A DNA stretch of 63,355 nucleotides, filler included. It is 6 parts of 6 records of this genome, joined end to end, with 100 filler letters (N's around TTAATTAATTAA, not from the genome) between each part and the next. Parts side by side here need not be neighbours in the genome. Positions count along the whole stretch, not along the records: positions 1 to 7,873 come from SRR31156797_3086; positions 7,974 to 25,596 come from SRR31156797_3088; 4 more parts are not named here. One strand, 5' to 3'. Below, piece after piece: positions 1-10,012 of the stretch; position 1 is the stretch's first letter, and every line of letters starts with the position of its first letter. Both the position numbers and the translations under genes were made by a program. The notes under the pieces are model-generated. The model was not told where the DNA came from, made no database searches, and was given only the letters and a program-made list of their open reading frames with translations.

Positions 1-368
1 CGGCGCTAAATATGAACAAAAGAGGTCAGTTGAAATCCCCCATGTATTTTCAGTTCGTAATGGGAACCCCTTGGGGGGCGCCCGGCACTCCCAAGGCGCT
101 CCTCCACTTGCGGGAGCACATCCCGGAAGACTCGGCCTGGTCTGTTGTGGGGATAGGGAAATCTCATTTGCCCATGGCGCTCATGGCCTTGGTTATGGGG
201 GGGCATATCAGGGTCGGGATGGAAGATAATGTATATTATAAGCGAGGCGTTCTTGCAAAGAATAATGCCGTTTTTGTGGAAAGAATCGCAAGGTTCGCAA
301 AAGAGTACGGCAGGGAAGTGGCCTCGCCGGACGAAGCCAGGACAATCTTGGGTTTGTGCAAAAGTTAA
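1..368 (+). CDS. 3-keto-5-aminohexanoate cleavage enzyme family (BKACE/DUF849), 5'-truncated
   Basis: C-terminal motifs GGHIRVGMEDN and GREVASPDEARTIL typical of BKACE. The frame is open to the window edge. Confidence 0.85.
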   Translation, partial: ALNMNKRGQLKSPMYFQFVMGTPWGAPGTPKALLHLREHIPEDSAWSVVGIGKSHLPMALMALVMGGHIRVGMEDNVYYKRGVLAKNNAVFVERIARFAKEYGREVASPDEARTILGLCKS

Positions 369-445
369 AACAGACCCAATGGGGAGAGACTTCAACGCTC
401 TTTTGTTAGGTTAACAGACCAAAGGCCGCAAGGCGCCGCCTTGCA

Positions 446-2185
446 TCAATGCGCCTTGACCTTCTCAAAAAACCGGTCTTCTATCTCTTCTCTCTTAAAA
501 CGATTCAGGGAAACAGGCTGTTGGCTCAACGCCAGCTGAAGTCCGTCCCCCTTTCTCTGATAGATGTTTTTCAACCACTCTTTGTTGTCGGTCGCCGGAA
601 AATCCTCTCGATAATGGGCGCCCCGGCTCTCCTTTCTGCAGCGCGCCGAATTGACGACCATCCTGCATACGGTAATCAGGTTGGTCACATCGATGATGCT
701 GTTCCATTCCATATTGTATTGAGCCCGGTATCTATCCGTCACATTGGCGCCCTCTATTCTTTCCAGGAGTTCATCCAGTCGAACGGCGGCCTCCTTCAGT
801 TTATGGCCATTTCGGACAAGGCCGGCCTTTTCCCACATGAGATTTTCAATTTCATCCCGAATTTCATAAACATTCTCCCCTGAGCCGGGTAAAAAAGGCT
901 TAAGCCAACGCATCCTTATGCTTTCGGCCTCGGTTTCACAATGGGGATGCACTTCTTCCTCTAAAGCCAGGGCCGCGGCCACGTCTCCGGCCCTCCGACC
1001 GTACACGGTTGACTCGCATATGCCGTTACCGCCGAGCCGGTTGGCCCCATGGGTTCCGCCCGCGTCTTCCCCACATACCAGCAACCCCTTCAGGTTACAC
1101 CGACAATGGGTATCTATTTTGACGCCGCCCATCTGATAATGGGCCGTGGGGGTCACCTCGACCTTTTCCCTGGCCAGATCTTTTCCGATATCCTTGACAC
1201 GCTCCACCATGCCGGGAAATTTTTCCTCTATGAATTCAGCGCCCAGATGGCTTCCGTCAAGGTATACGGCACTGTTTTCCGTCCCCCGTCCCGCCATGAT
1301 TTCCATAAAACTGGACCGTGCCACCCGATCCCGGGTGGATCTTTCCAGGCGCTCCGGGTCGTATTGTTCCATGAACCGTTCTCCCAGACCGTTATAAAGC
1401 CTGGCCCCGGAACCCCTGAGGCCTTCTTCAAGGAGACTGCCGTTCAGTCGCGATCTCCCGGCAATCAGACCGGTTGGGTGGAACTGGACCATTTCCATAT
1501 CCACAAATTCGGCCCCGGCCCTGAAACACATGGCCATGCCGTCGCCTGTTTTATCAAAGGAGGGCGCCGAAATTTTGTACATGGAGGCGGATCCGCCCGT
1601 GGCGACGATGGTGACTTTCGCGTTCACGGTAAAAATTTCTCCGGTCCTGATATTGGAAAGCACCGCCCCCACGATTCGCGTCCCATCCATTGAACGCAAC
1701 AAATCGAGACCCCGGGTTTCTTCAAATACTTTGATTTCCCTGGCAAATATCTGATCGGTCATCCGGCTGATGATCTGGATCCCCGTGAGATCCGCCACGT
1801 GCACCGTCCGGTCAAAGGACTGGCCCGCAAAGGGTTTCTGATGAATCTTTCCGTTTTCGGCCCGATCAAAAAAGCACCCGACCTTCACCTCCAGTTCATG
1901 GACGGTCTTAGGGGCCTCACTCACCAAAGTCCAGGCCAGTTCCTGATTATTGATGAAGCCGCCGCCCTTGAGGGTGTCTTTGAAATGATTTTCCAGGGAG
2001 TCTCTTTCATCCAGGACCACATTAAGCCCACCCTGAACCATCCTGCTGCATCCACTCTTCCCGATCAATCCCTTGTTCGCCATAATTATTTTCAGACGTG
2101 GGTTGTTGTCGTATGCATGCAAGGCGGCAAAGAGCCCCGCGCCACCACTGCCAAGGATCAATATGTCGGCCTTTATGACTTCCAC
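446..2185 (-). CDS. sdhA: Succinate dehydrogenase/fumarate reductase-like flavoprotein subunit
   Basis: GSGGAG FAD motif, QFHPT, STRD, HYQMGG, HGANRLGGN, ESRGAHYR. Start moved to GTG at 2185, preceded by a GAGGTG Shine-Dalgarno; the longer ORF overlaps sdhB. Confidence 0.85.
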   Translation of the reverse strand: MEVIKADILILGSGGAGLFAALHAYDNNPRLKIIMANKGLIGKSGCSRMVQGGLNVVLDERDSLENHFKDTLKGGGFINNQELAWTLVSEAPKTVHELEVKVGCFFDRAENGKIHQKPFAGQSFDRTVHVADLTGIQIISRMTDQIFAREIKVFEETRGLDLLRSMDGTRIVGAVLSNIRTGEIFTVNAKVTIVATGGSASMYKISAPSFDKTGDGMAMCFRAGAEFVDMEMVQFHPTGLIAGRSRLNGSLLEEGLRGSGARLYNGLGERFMEQYDPERLERSTRDRVARSSFMEIMAGRGTENSAVYLDGSHLGAEFIEEKFPGMVERVKDIGKDLAREKVEVTPTAHYQMGGVKIDTHCRCNLKGLLVCGEDAGGTHGANRLGGNGICESTVYGRRAGDVAAALALEEEVHPHCETEAESIRMRWLKPFLPGSGENVYEIRDEIENLMWEKAGLVRNGHKLKEAAVRLDELLERIEGANVTDRYRAQYNMEWNSIIDVTNLITVCRMVVNSARCRKESRGAHYREDFPATDNKEWLKNIYQRKGDGLQLALSQQPVSLNRFKREEIEDRFFEKVKAH

Positions 2186-2214
2186 AATGTGTTCACCTCT
2201 TTTGTTTTGTCCTT

Positions 2215-2937
2215 TTATTTGAATATTCCGAACTTTTTTGCCACACAACGCTGCTTCAAATTCTGAATGGAGCGTGTTGGAACGATGTTTTTGGGGCAGA
2301 CTTCCGCACAGTTGAACTGGGTGTGACACCGCCAGACACCATATGATCGATCCACGACCTTTAATCTTTCAACCCTGATGGCATCCCTTTTATCGGCAAT
2401 CAGGGTGTAGGCCCGGTTGAGGGCCGCTGGCCCCAAATATTCCCGGTTGGTGGCCACCATGGAGCAGGCGGAATAACAACACCCGCAAGTGATGCAGTCC
2501 AGCATATGGTCGATGAATTCCCTCTCCTTTGAATCGGGCCGGTTAACCACAGGGTCGCGAACGTCTTTCTTTGGAAGATAATAGGGTTTGATTTTTTTCC
2601 ATTTCTCAAAAAACGGTTCCATGTCCACCACCAGATCACGAATGATAGGGAAATTGGGGAGCGGCATAATGGTGATGTTTCGGGTTTTTAGGGCAGATAC
2701 CTGGGTTCTGCAGGCCAACCGGGCCCTTCCGTTGACGTACACGGCACAGGAACCGCACATGCCGATACGGCAGGAAAACCTGAAGGAGAGCGAACGGTCC
2801 ATGTAGTTTTGAATATGCATGGCCACATCCAGGATGGCCATATTATCGAAAACAGGCACTTCGAAATGGTCGAATTTAGGCTCAACGTCGCTTTCCGGGT
2901 TGAAGCGGAAGACTTTCACATGTAATGTATCCGGCAT
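2215..2937 (-). CDS. sdhB: Succinate dehydrogenase/fumarate reductase iron-sulfur subunit
   Basis: CRIGMCGSC...C ([2Fe-2S]), CITCGCCYSAC and CHTQFNCAEVCP cluster motifs. Start moved to the ATG at 2937 (MPDTLHVKV). Confidence 0.9.
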   Translation of the reverse strand: MPDTLHVKVFRFNPESDVEPKFDHFEVPVFDNMAILDVAMHIQNYMDRSLSFRFSCRIGMCGSCAVYVNGRARLACRTQVSALKTRNITIMPLPNFPIIRDLVVDMEPFFEKWKKIKPYYLPKKDVRDPVVNRPDSKEREFIDHMLDCITCGCCYSACSMVATNREYLGPAALNRAYTLIADKRDAIRVERLKVVDRSYGVWRCHTQFNCAEVCPKNIVPTRSIQNLKQRCVAKKFGIFK

Positions 2938-2974
2938 TTTTTTCTCCAAGAAATAACTTTTTCCGGGGAACCGT

Positions 2975-3313
2975 CTAAAACGAACGGGTCGTGTAAAGAA
3001 AGCCGAAAATTCCAAAACCCACAAAACCCAATCCCATGAGGACAAGGAGTCCGAGCACCACAATCCTTTCTTTTTTTCCGGAATCGAAGTCGAGGAAAAC
3101 GGCGTATAGGCCGCATAAGGCATGATAAAGGCCGAAGATCAAGAGCAGGATGTCCAGAGAGATGAGAAGGGGCGTCTTTAAACGGGCCATGATGTCGGCG
3201 TAATTGAGGGGCTCGCCGGTATTGGCAAAATGCAGCACTCCGATGTGGAGCCCTAAGACAATAAACAGGATAACGGCGCTGATCCTTTGTAAAAACCATG
3301 TCCAAGCGTGCAT
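2975..3313 (-). CDS. sdhD: Succinate dehydrogenase hydrophobic membrane anchor subunit
   Basis: WFLQRISA motif, three hydrophobic segments, heme-ligand-like His (YHALCG), position in operon. Confidence 0.8.
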   Translation of the reverse strand: MHAWTWFLQRISAVILFIVLGLHIGVLHFANTGEPLNYADIMARLKTPLLISLDILLLIFGLYHALCGLYAVFLDFDSGKKERIVVLGLLVLMGLGFVGFGIFGFLYTTRSF

Positions 3314-3325
3314 TTGCCGGTCTCC

Positions 3326-3724
3326 TTATCCCCTGAATTTTATGACAATGGACCAAAGCCATAAAATGGCCGCCATGCCCATGAATATTCCGAATAGCCT
3401 TTTCTGGCTTTTGACCGATATGCCGATTCCCATATCAAAGAGCAATATCCGGATACCGTTGAAACCATGATAAAACACCGCTCCAAGTAACAGGGTGTCC
3501 AGCAGTTCGAAAACAGGATGGCCCATGAGTACCGATAGGGTCGCGTCAAAGCTCTCTTTCCCCGACAAAAGAGAACCACTCATGAGGATGGTGTGCAGCA
3601 GGATATAGAACACAAGACCAAGACCGGTGATTCGATGGAGCATCCAGGCCCACATTCCGGTTGTGTCCCACATTTGACTTCTATGACTCAATCTCGATAG
3701 GAGAGGTGTTTCGCTATGGGTCAT
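3326..3724 (-). CDS. sdhC: Succinate dehydrogenase cytochrome b556 subunit
   Basis: GMWAWMLHRITG and YHGFNGIRILLFD motifs, three TM segments. Confidence 0.85.
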   Translation of the reverse strand: MTHSETPLLSRLSHRSQMWDTTGMWAWMLHRITGLGLVFYILLHTILMSGSLLSGKESFDATLSVLMGHPVFELLDTLLLGAVFYHGFNGIRILLFDMGIGISVKSQKRLFGIFMGMAAILWLWSIVIKFRG

Positions 3725-3741
3725 CTGCCTTCCTTTTATCT

Positions 3742-4404
3742 TTATTCCATTAACGGCATGTTTTTTTGCGCATCTCTTCTCACGCTCGCCACATGTTTCC
3801 GCATCCGCTTTTCCGCCAGGGTGGGATCCCTTTTCTGAATCGCCTCCAGGATTTCATAATGCTCCCGAACCGTTTGTTCAGGCCTTCCGGGAAGCGCGAC
3901 GGTCCGCAGCCTGACCATCTGGAGGTGGACATTGACGCTCTCCATCATGTTCTTGAGCAATTCATTGTCGCAGGCCTCCAGCAGCAAGGCGTGAAACTCA
4001 ATGTCGGCAGGGGTATATTTCAGCAGCCTATTGTCGTCATTGTCGGCGGAACTGACTTTTGCAAGGGAGAGCTTGAGGCGATCAAGGAGTTCACTTTTCA
4101 TGTTTTCCGTGGCCAGCCGTGCAACCAGGCCTTCCAATACCTCCCGCACTTGAAGCAAATCCTTGACCTTTTCGTCTGATTGGGAGACCACAAAGGCGCC
4201 GCGCCTGGGTATGATCTTTACAATCCCCTCATGTTCCAGGCGGAGCAGGGTTTCTCGAATGGGCGTTCTGCTCACACCCAGTGATTTGGCCAGCTCTTCT
4301 TCATTGATTTTTTTACCCGATTCTATCTTTCTGAAAATAATCCTTTTTTTCAGGATATCGTAGACTTGATCTCTGAGATTGGTGCGTTCCGGGAGCTGTT
4401 CCAT
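3742..4404 (-). CDS. GntR family (FCD subfamily) transcriptional regulator
   Basis: Winged-helix motif LAKSLGVSRTPIRETL, C-terminal FH...EH..I...I FCD pattern. ATG at 4404 follows AGGAGA. Confidence 0.9.
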   Translation of the reverse strand: MEQLPERTNLRDQVYDILKKRIIFRKIESGKKINEEELAKSLGVSRTPIRETLLRLEHEGIVKIIPRRGAFVVSQSDEKVKDLLQVREVLEGLVARLATENMKSELLDRLKLSLAKVSSADNDDNRLLKYTPADIEFHALLLEACDNELLKNMMESVNVHLQMVRLRTVALPGRPEQTVREHYEILEAIQKRDPTLAEKRMRKHVASVRRDAQKNMPLME

Positions 4405-4487
4405 CAATTCTCCTACCAGGGAACCCTGCCCGCTTCTCCTTCTTGCCAGAGGCGCGATCAGAAAAGAAAAGCAGCAGGATGTTCGTT

Positions 4488-4527
4488 ATTTTGTATTTTG
4501 TATATTGTATAATTCTAAAGATGTCAA
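4488..4527 (-). promoter_or_regulatory. Putative sigma70 promoter (TTGACA-N17-TATACA) overlapped by three 7-bp repeats (candidate GntR operator)
   Basis: Minus-strand TTGACA at 4527-4522 and TATACA at 4504-4499. Plus strand reads ATTTTGT-ATTTTGT-ATATTGT at 4488-4508. Confidence 0.5.
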
Positions 4528-4760
4528 GAAAAAAGTCCGTTCTGCTGTGCGGGTGGCAGTGCTATTTATGTAAAATGACAAAATATGGCAGATTAGCTCA
4601 TGAAAAATGTCATATGTACCGGCGATCAGGTATCTTGTGTCGGTAACCATTTGGAATTATGTGAATCTTGTCAAGCGCTAGACGGTATAAAGCTTGCATG
4701 GAACTTTGGGCGATCAAATGAGGGCCAATCCAAAACTTTCTATTGGGACTTTTGCCGCTT

Positions 4761-6653
4761 ATGAAAACAAAAACAATATTTATCCCCCTATTAGCGTTCT
4801 TGATTGGGGCGTTTCTTGCATCTTTTTCTTCCACGTGCTTTTCGCAGGAGCAATCATCGGAAAAAATCGAGGGCCTTGCCCAAAACGCAAAAATAATTGT
4901 CCCCGAGGCGGTCCTGAAGGGGTTTAGAGATGGAAAACCAGCAACTCGGGTGATTGTGAATCTTCGCAGGCCCTCCGCCTTTAAACGGACTCAGAACATT
5001 AAGAACATGAGGGTCCGGGAGGAATTGGAGAAAAGCACTCATAAGGCTCAAGAGAGGGTAATTCATACCTTGGACCTCGGGCAGGTTCATATAACAAATC
5101 GGTTCAAATACATTTTCGGGTTTTCGACAGAAGTAAGCTTGAAAGGACTTCAAGCCTTGGCAGACAACCCCGATGTACTTTCTATTGAAAAAGACGAGAT
5201 CCTTCACGCTCATCTCGCACAAGGTATCCCCGTGATGAATGCTGCAACAGCGAGAAGCAGTTACAACGGGTCTGGATTGTCTATTGCCATTTGCGACACC
5301 GGAATCGATTACGCCCACTCCAAATTAGGAGGTGGCGGATTTCCAAATAGCAAGGTGATCGGCGGCTATGACACCGGACAAAACAACGCTGATCCCATGG
5401 ATGCAAATGGGCACGGAACAGCCTGTGCAGGTATCGCGGCAGGCGATCTTGGCAGCACTGGAGACTATATCGGGGGGGTGGCCTATAATGCCAAGCTTTA
5501 CGCCCTCAAGATAACGTACACCTCCAGCGGAGGCAGTGCTTATGCATCTGACATGATAGAAGCTTGGGAGTGGTGTATCACACATCAGAACGATGATCCA
5601 AATAACCCAATCATGGTCATCAGTACAAGCTTTGGTGGAGGAAGGTATTATGGCGCCTGTGATAGTGCATCCAGCGCGATGACCACCGCAGCAGCGAATG
5701 CCGTGGCCGCCGGAATGACCCTTTTTGTTTCTTCCGGAAACAATGGCTACTGCGACTCAGTGGGATGGCCTGCCTGCATTTCCCACGTCATCTCTATCGG
5801 CGCCGTCTATGACGCCGCTTTTGGGACATATTATCCATGTGTCTCTTCAAGTTCTTGTGCCGCAAAATATTCAACAGGAGGATGCAGCACGGGATATTAC
5901 TCCATAGATAGTACTTCGGCGGACATGGTGACATCTTACTCCAATACCTATTCTCTGCTGAATCTGCTTGCCCCGTCCAATCGGGCGTACACGACTGACA
6001 TCTCGGGTTCAGGCGGTTACTCGGCCGGCGACTATTACTCCAGTTTTGGGGGCACGTCAGCCGCCTGCCCCTATGCAGCCGGAGCAGCAGCCTGTTTGCA
6101 AAGCGCCGCTAAAGCAATTACCGGTTCTTTTTTATCCCCTAGCCAAGTGAAGTCAAAGCTCGTTGATGCGGGTGATTCGATCACAGACGGAAAGGTGAGT
6201 GTAACCAAGCCAAGGGTAAACTTGGGTGCCGCGGTGGATACACTTTCTCCTGCGACGACTACAACTACAAGCACAACCACCACATCCACCACGACGACGT
6301 CCACATCCACTACCACATCCACGACCACAACGTCCACCACAACGGCGCCCACATCGACTACCACATCCACCACGACAACGTCCACCACGACGACGCCCAC
6401 ATCCACTACCACATCCACGACCATGATTTCGCAATCGTCATGCCCGGAGTGTTCCGGGAGCCCTGTGATCCTCACAAACGTCACATTTGAATCAGGCGCC
6501 AATTGTGAATGCGTTGCGGCGACATCCATCACGCTGGGCAACGGAGTAACCATCAAAAGTGGGGCTAACATCACATTCAAGGCGCCGGCAGTGAATGTAC
6601 AGAGCGGGTTTCATGCGGAAGAAGGTGCTGTGGTTACTATAAGACAACAGTAA
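4761..6653 (+). CDS. Secreted subtilisin-like S8 serine peptidase with Thr-rich linker and small C-terminal beta domain
   Basis: Signal-peptide-like N-terminus, catalytic motifs ICDTGID, GHGTACAG, SSGN, FGGTSAACP. Start moved to the ATG at 4761. Confidence 0.9.
   Translation: MKTKTIFIPLLAFLIGAFLASFSSTCFSQEQSSEKIEGLAQNAKIIVPEAVLKGFRDGKPATRVIVNLRRPSAFKRTQNIKNMRVREELEKSTHKAQERVIHTLDLGQVHITNRFKYIFGFSTEVSLKGLQALADNPDVLSIEKDEILHAHLAQGIPVMNAATARSSYNGSGLSIAICDTGIDYAHSKLGGGGFPNSKVIGGYDTGQNNADPMDANGHGTACAGIAAGDLGSTGDYIGGVAYNAKLYALKITYTSSGGSAYASDMIEAWEWCITHQNDDPNNPIMVISTSFGGGRYYGACDSASSAMTTAAANAVAAGMTLFVSSGNNGYCDSVGWPACISHVISIGAVYDAAFGTYYPCVSSSSCAAKYSTGGCSTGYYSIDSTSADMVTSYSNTYSLLNLLAPSNRAYTTDISGSGGYSAGDYYSSFGGTSAACPYAAGAAACLQSAAKAITGSFLSPSQVKSKLVDAGDSITDGKVSVTKPRVNLGAAVDTLSPATTTTTSTTTTSTTTTSTSTTTSTTTTSTTTAPTSTTTSTTTTSTTTTPTSTTTSTTMISQSSCPECSGSPVILTNVTFESGANCECVAATSITLGNGVTIKSGANITFKAPAVNVQSGFHAEEGAVVTIRQQ
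6253..6423 (+). repeat. Low-complexity tandem repeat encoding the poly-Thr/Ser linker
   Basis: Recurring ACATCCAC(C/T)AC units translating to TTTTS repeats. Confidence 0.85.
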
Positions 6654-6722
6654 AATGGTCATGAGGAGGGATGCCGTCAGATGACTGTTTACAGGATCGA
6701 CCTGTAATCATAGAGTGGGTCT

Positions 6723-6752
6723 GTGGGGGTCGCCCTTTAATGGGCGACCCCA
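6723..6752. repeat. GC-rich hairpin between convergent genes (REP-like or terminator)
   Basis: GGGGTCGCCC-TTTAAT-GGGCGACCCC perfect 10-bp stem, with GTGG at its 5' side and no U-tract. Confidence 0.5.
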
Positions 6753-6786
6753 GCACACCAGCACACAGCACAAGCATCTTTCCCTT

Positions 6787-7873
6787 TCAATCGAAGATGC
6801 GGCGAAGGGCGCGGGCCAAGTCAATTCTGAGTACCGGTTTCGTTAGAAACTCCTTTATGTTTAAGGCTTCAGCCTGCTCTTGGCTGATGAGTTCGCTGAA
6901 ACCGGTGCACAATACAGTGGGCATGTCGGGTTTCACATGGAATATTCTTTCAATCAGTTCCAGGCCGGTCATTTCGGGCATGGTTAAATCCGTCAGAATC
7001 AAATCGAATTGATCCGGATTTTCTGAAAAAGTTTTTAGAGCTTCACCGGCATTTTCAAAACATGTCACCCGGTAACCCAGGTTTTCGAGTATGATTTGAT
7101 TCATCTTCAGAATGGACGGCTCATCATCCACAACGAGAATTCGTTCATGCCCCCCGGGAATGACGCCTGCCTTTTTCTCCGCGACATCCGATTCTTCAAT
7201 GTCGATCCTCGGGAAATAAATATGAATGCTCGTCCCTTTCTCCTTTTCACTGTAAACCTTTATTCGGCCCCCGAAATTTTTCACAATACCATGCACCACC
7301 GACAGACCCAGACCGGTCCCTTCTCCTTTCGGCTTGGTGGTGAAATAGGGGTTGAACATCTGTTCCATTGTCGCCGTATCCATTCCATGACCGGTATCCG
7401 AGACTTCAAGTCGAATGTATCGGCCGATGTCCAAATCGAGATTCCCAAAAGTTATATCGTCTTTGGTGATTTTGATGTCCGACAGGCTCAAGCCGATAAT
7501 GCCGCTTTTCCCTCCCATGGCATGATATGAATTGGTGCAAAGGTTCATGACGATTTGATGAAGTTGCGTGGGATCGGCAAGGATGCGCCCGCAGGCCGTC
7601 TGTACTTGGCTCTTGATTTCAATGGTGGATGGAATGGAAGCACGCAGGAGTTTCAAAGCCTCTTTCACCACAAGATGGGGTTGGACAGGTCTCATTTTCT
7701 GTTCGGTCTGGCGACTGAACAGAAGAATTTGGTTCACCAGGTCTTTGGCCCGATCAGCGGCATTCAGAACCTGTTCCAGCATACGATAGGCGTTTTTGTC
7801 GTCTTTCAAATCATCCTTCAACAACTCCGAATATCCAAAAATAGCGGACAGGATATTGTTGAAATCATGGGCA
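6787..7873 (-). CDS. Hybrid sensor histidine kinase/response regulator, 5'-truncated
   Basis: H-box AHDFNNIL at the contig edge, N-box QIVMNLCTN, DTGHG, FTTK, GTGLGL, C-terminal receiver (VVDDE...TDLTMP...KP). Confidence 0.9.
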
Positions 7874-7973
7874 NNNNNNNNNNNNNNNNNNNNNNNNNNN
7901 NNNNNNNNNNNNNNNNNTTAATTAATTAANNNNNNNNNNNNNNNNNNNNNNNNNNNNNNNNNNNNNNNNNNNN
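7874..7973. other. Artificial contig linker
   Basis: 44 N + TTAATTAATTAA + 44 N. Confidence 0.97.
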
Positions 7974-9802
7974 TCAGTTGTATCAATTTCAATTTTCCAA
8001 CCACCACTATATCTATATTTATATCCTCCTAGTTTAAGTAAAACACTATCGCATTGGAAAATAGCAGAATCTTGTTCAAATCCCTGATATTGCATTTCAG
8101 TGTCAAAAGCCCACCCATTTAAGGTAGCAGAGCCAATCATAGCCCAATTTACTTTTGCTATTACTGCAACATTTACCTCCTCATCGTAAACAATATGGTA
8201 TAAACCATCTTCTGGCACTTGAAACATCTCTGTATTTTTCTCAGCTGAACCTCTCCAGAAAGTACCTGGATCAGGCTCATCATAAGTAGGATTCATTATC
8301 AGCTGAAAATCCTCACCTGGACCATAAACATTTAATGATGTTCCATTAACCTCAACTATACTAAAACCAACATCAGCTCTCAAAGTCAAATACAATTCAT
8401 GCAATTCAGGACGTTCTATTTGATTTATCTCATTTCGAGCAATAGTCATTCTTATATCTGAAGAATAATAATAACCTCCGACAGCGGCCCCTGTAACATA
8501 AAAACCATCTTCTACGACTCCACTACTTCCATTACTTATGCAACGAACAGACTTTCCTGAAACTTTAGAATCTGTTTCATACATCACGTTTGTATTTAAA
8601 TTATCAATTACTGTTGACCAGGATTTATTATCATCGAATTCACCATTTACCCACCAACTAGTTAATTCATTTAACCCGCTGAAAGTTCCATCTGATGCAT
8701 CTCGTTTACCACCTGGCATAGCTGAAAATCCATACTTATTTGTCAAATTCTGATTATTAACCCAATTTTCAGTAGATTTCAGCACATTTGCAGGTTCGTC
8801 TTCATTACCAGCGGTTGTAAGAAAGTTTACCAGATTTTGCCAATCTTCTTGCTTCGGAAGTCGCCAGCCCGCTGGGCAAATACCTTGATTTTCATCAGAA
8901 CTTAAGCTATTGGTAGCAGCATTATAACTATAAAGTCCGCCATATAAATCTGCATGTTGCTCATTATTAGAATACCAACTCATCCCCTCACCATTAGAAC
9001 TATCATTAAGGAAAGTCCAGTCGACATTATTCTCTATATATGGAACATTTGAACCGTCATTAAATTTTGTGGTTCTTAGATTTTCTGCCATCCACCACTG
9101 CACTCCAATTTGTACAGTAGCATAATTATTATAATCCATATCTTCACATTCGAAGAAGTCAAACCAATAGGTTTTAGAATCATCAACTTGATCTGTTACA
9201 ATGGTTGTATGATCCCCTGAATGAGCTTCCAAAATAATCCAATCTCCATTTCTAATGGTTTTTGTTTTCGCTGTAGGATTTACATTTTGGTCATACGAAA
9301 TAGAAACAACTGAATTCACAGATCCAGTATTAGTTCTATTTAAGTATTTAGCAGACTTTATAGAACTATCAGTATGAATCATTACAATAAACAAACCCGA
9401 TTCCGCAATTTGTAATTTCACATTATTCCTACCGGTTTTCAGCATTAGTTCTTCTGTAATCATCAATTTACCATCTAAACCAATAACTTTCAGAACACCA
9501 CTTTGATTCTTTTCAGAAATAATAGAAACAGTTGTCAGACTGTTGCCCGGATTTGGATACACACTTATACCAGAGTTAATATCAGTTTCAATTCTGCTTT
9601 CAATACCAACAAAATATTGTGAAAAATTAAATGGCTGATCAGGATCATTTATAACAACCACAAGATCTTGTGTAATGTTGGTCAATACAATTTCATCAAT
9701 CTGATCTTGATCATCAATTGCTTGAAAATTCAAAATAATGTCTTGCGCATAAAGTGTAAATGAAAATATGATACCTAAGATTAAACAAATTAATTGTTTC
9801 AT
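7974..9802 (-). CDS. Secreted FISUMP (Fib_succ_major) domain protein, 3'-truncated
   Basis: Signal peptide, YATVQIGVQWWMAENL, YGGLYSY, GICPAGWRLP and SVRC motifs. Runs into the linker. Confidence 0.8.
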
Positions 9803-10012
9803 TTGGACTAATTTTAAGATTTAATACAAATTTAAAAGAAAATTTAACCATAACAACAAACAATCGTAATCTTTAAGAGATTTAAAACCATTTTAAATAA
9901 CTTCAACCAAAACACACATTATCAGCAGTATAGAAATTTCTCATTGATGAAAAATTGATAAATCAATGATTTAATTATCTTTGTCTCCAAAATCAAACAG
10001 AAATATTTAACC

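Noticed and set aside
2186-2329. N-terminal extensions in the ORF track for sdhA (also sdhB, mobC, pruA, hsp20, thiL)
   Set aside because: They overlap neighbouring genes or lack family similarity. Downstream starts fit the family N-termini and, for several, a Shine-Dalgarno site.
6071-6580. Val/Asp-rich, Gly/Arg/Cys-rich and Pro/Arg/His-rich ORFs
   Set aside because: Alternative-frame and antisense shadows of the poly-Thr linker of the S8 protease.
7918-7929. TTAATTAATTAA recurring five times as a biological repeat
   Set aside because: Always centred in 44+44 N. It is an artificial all-frame-stop spacer, and ORFs ending in X..LIN are artefacts.
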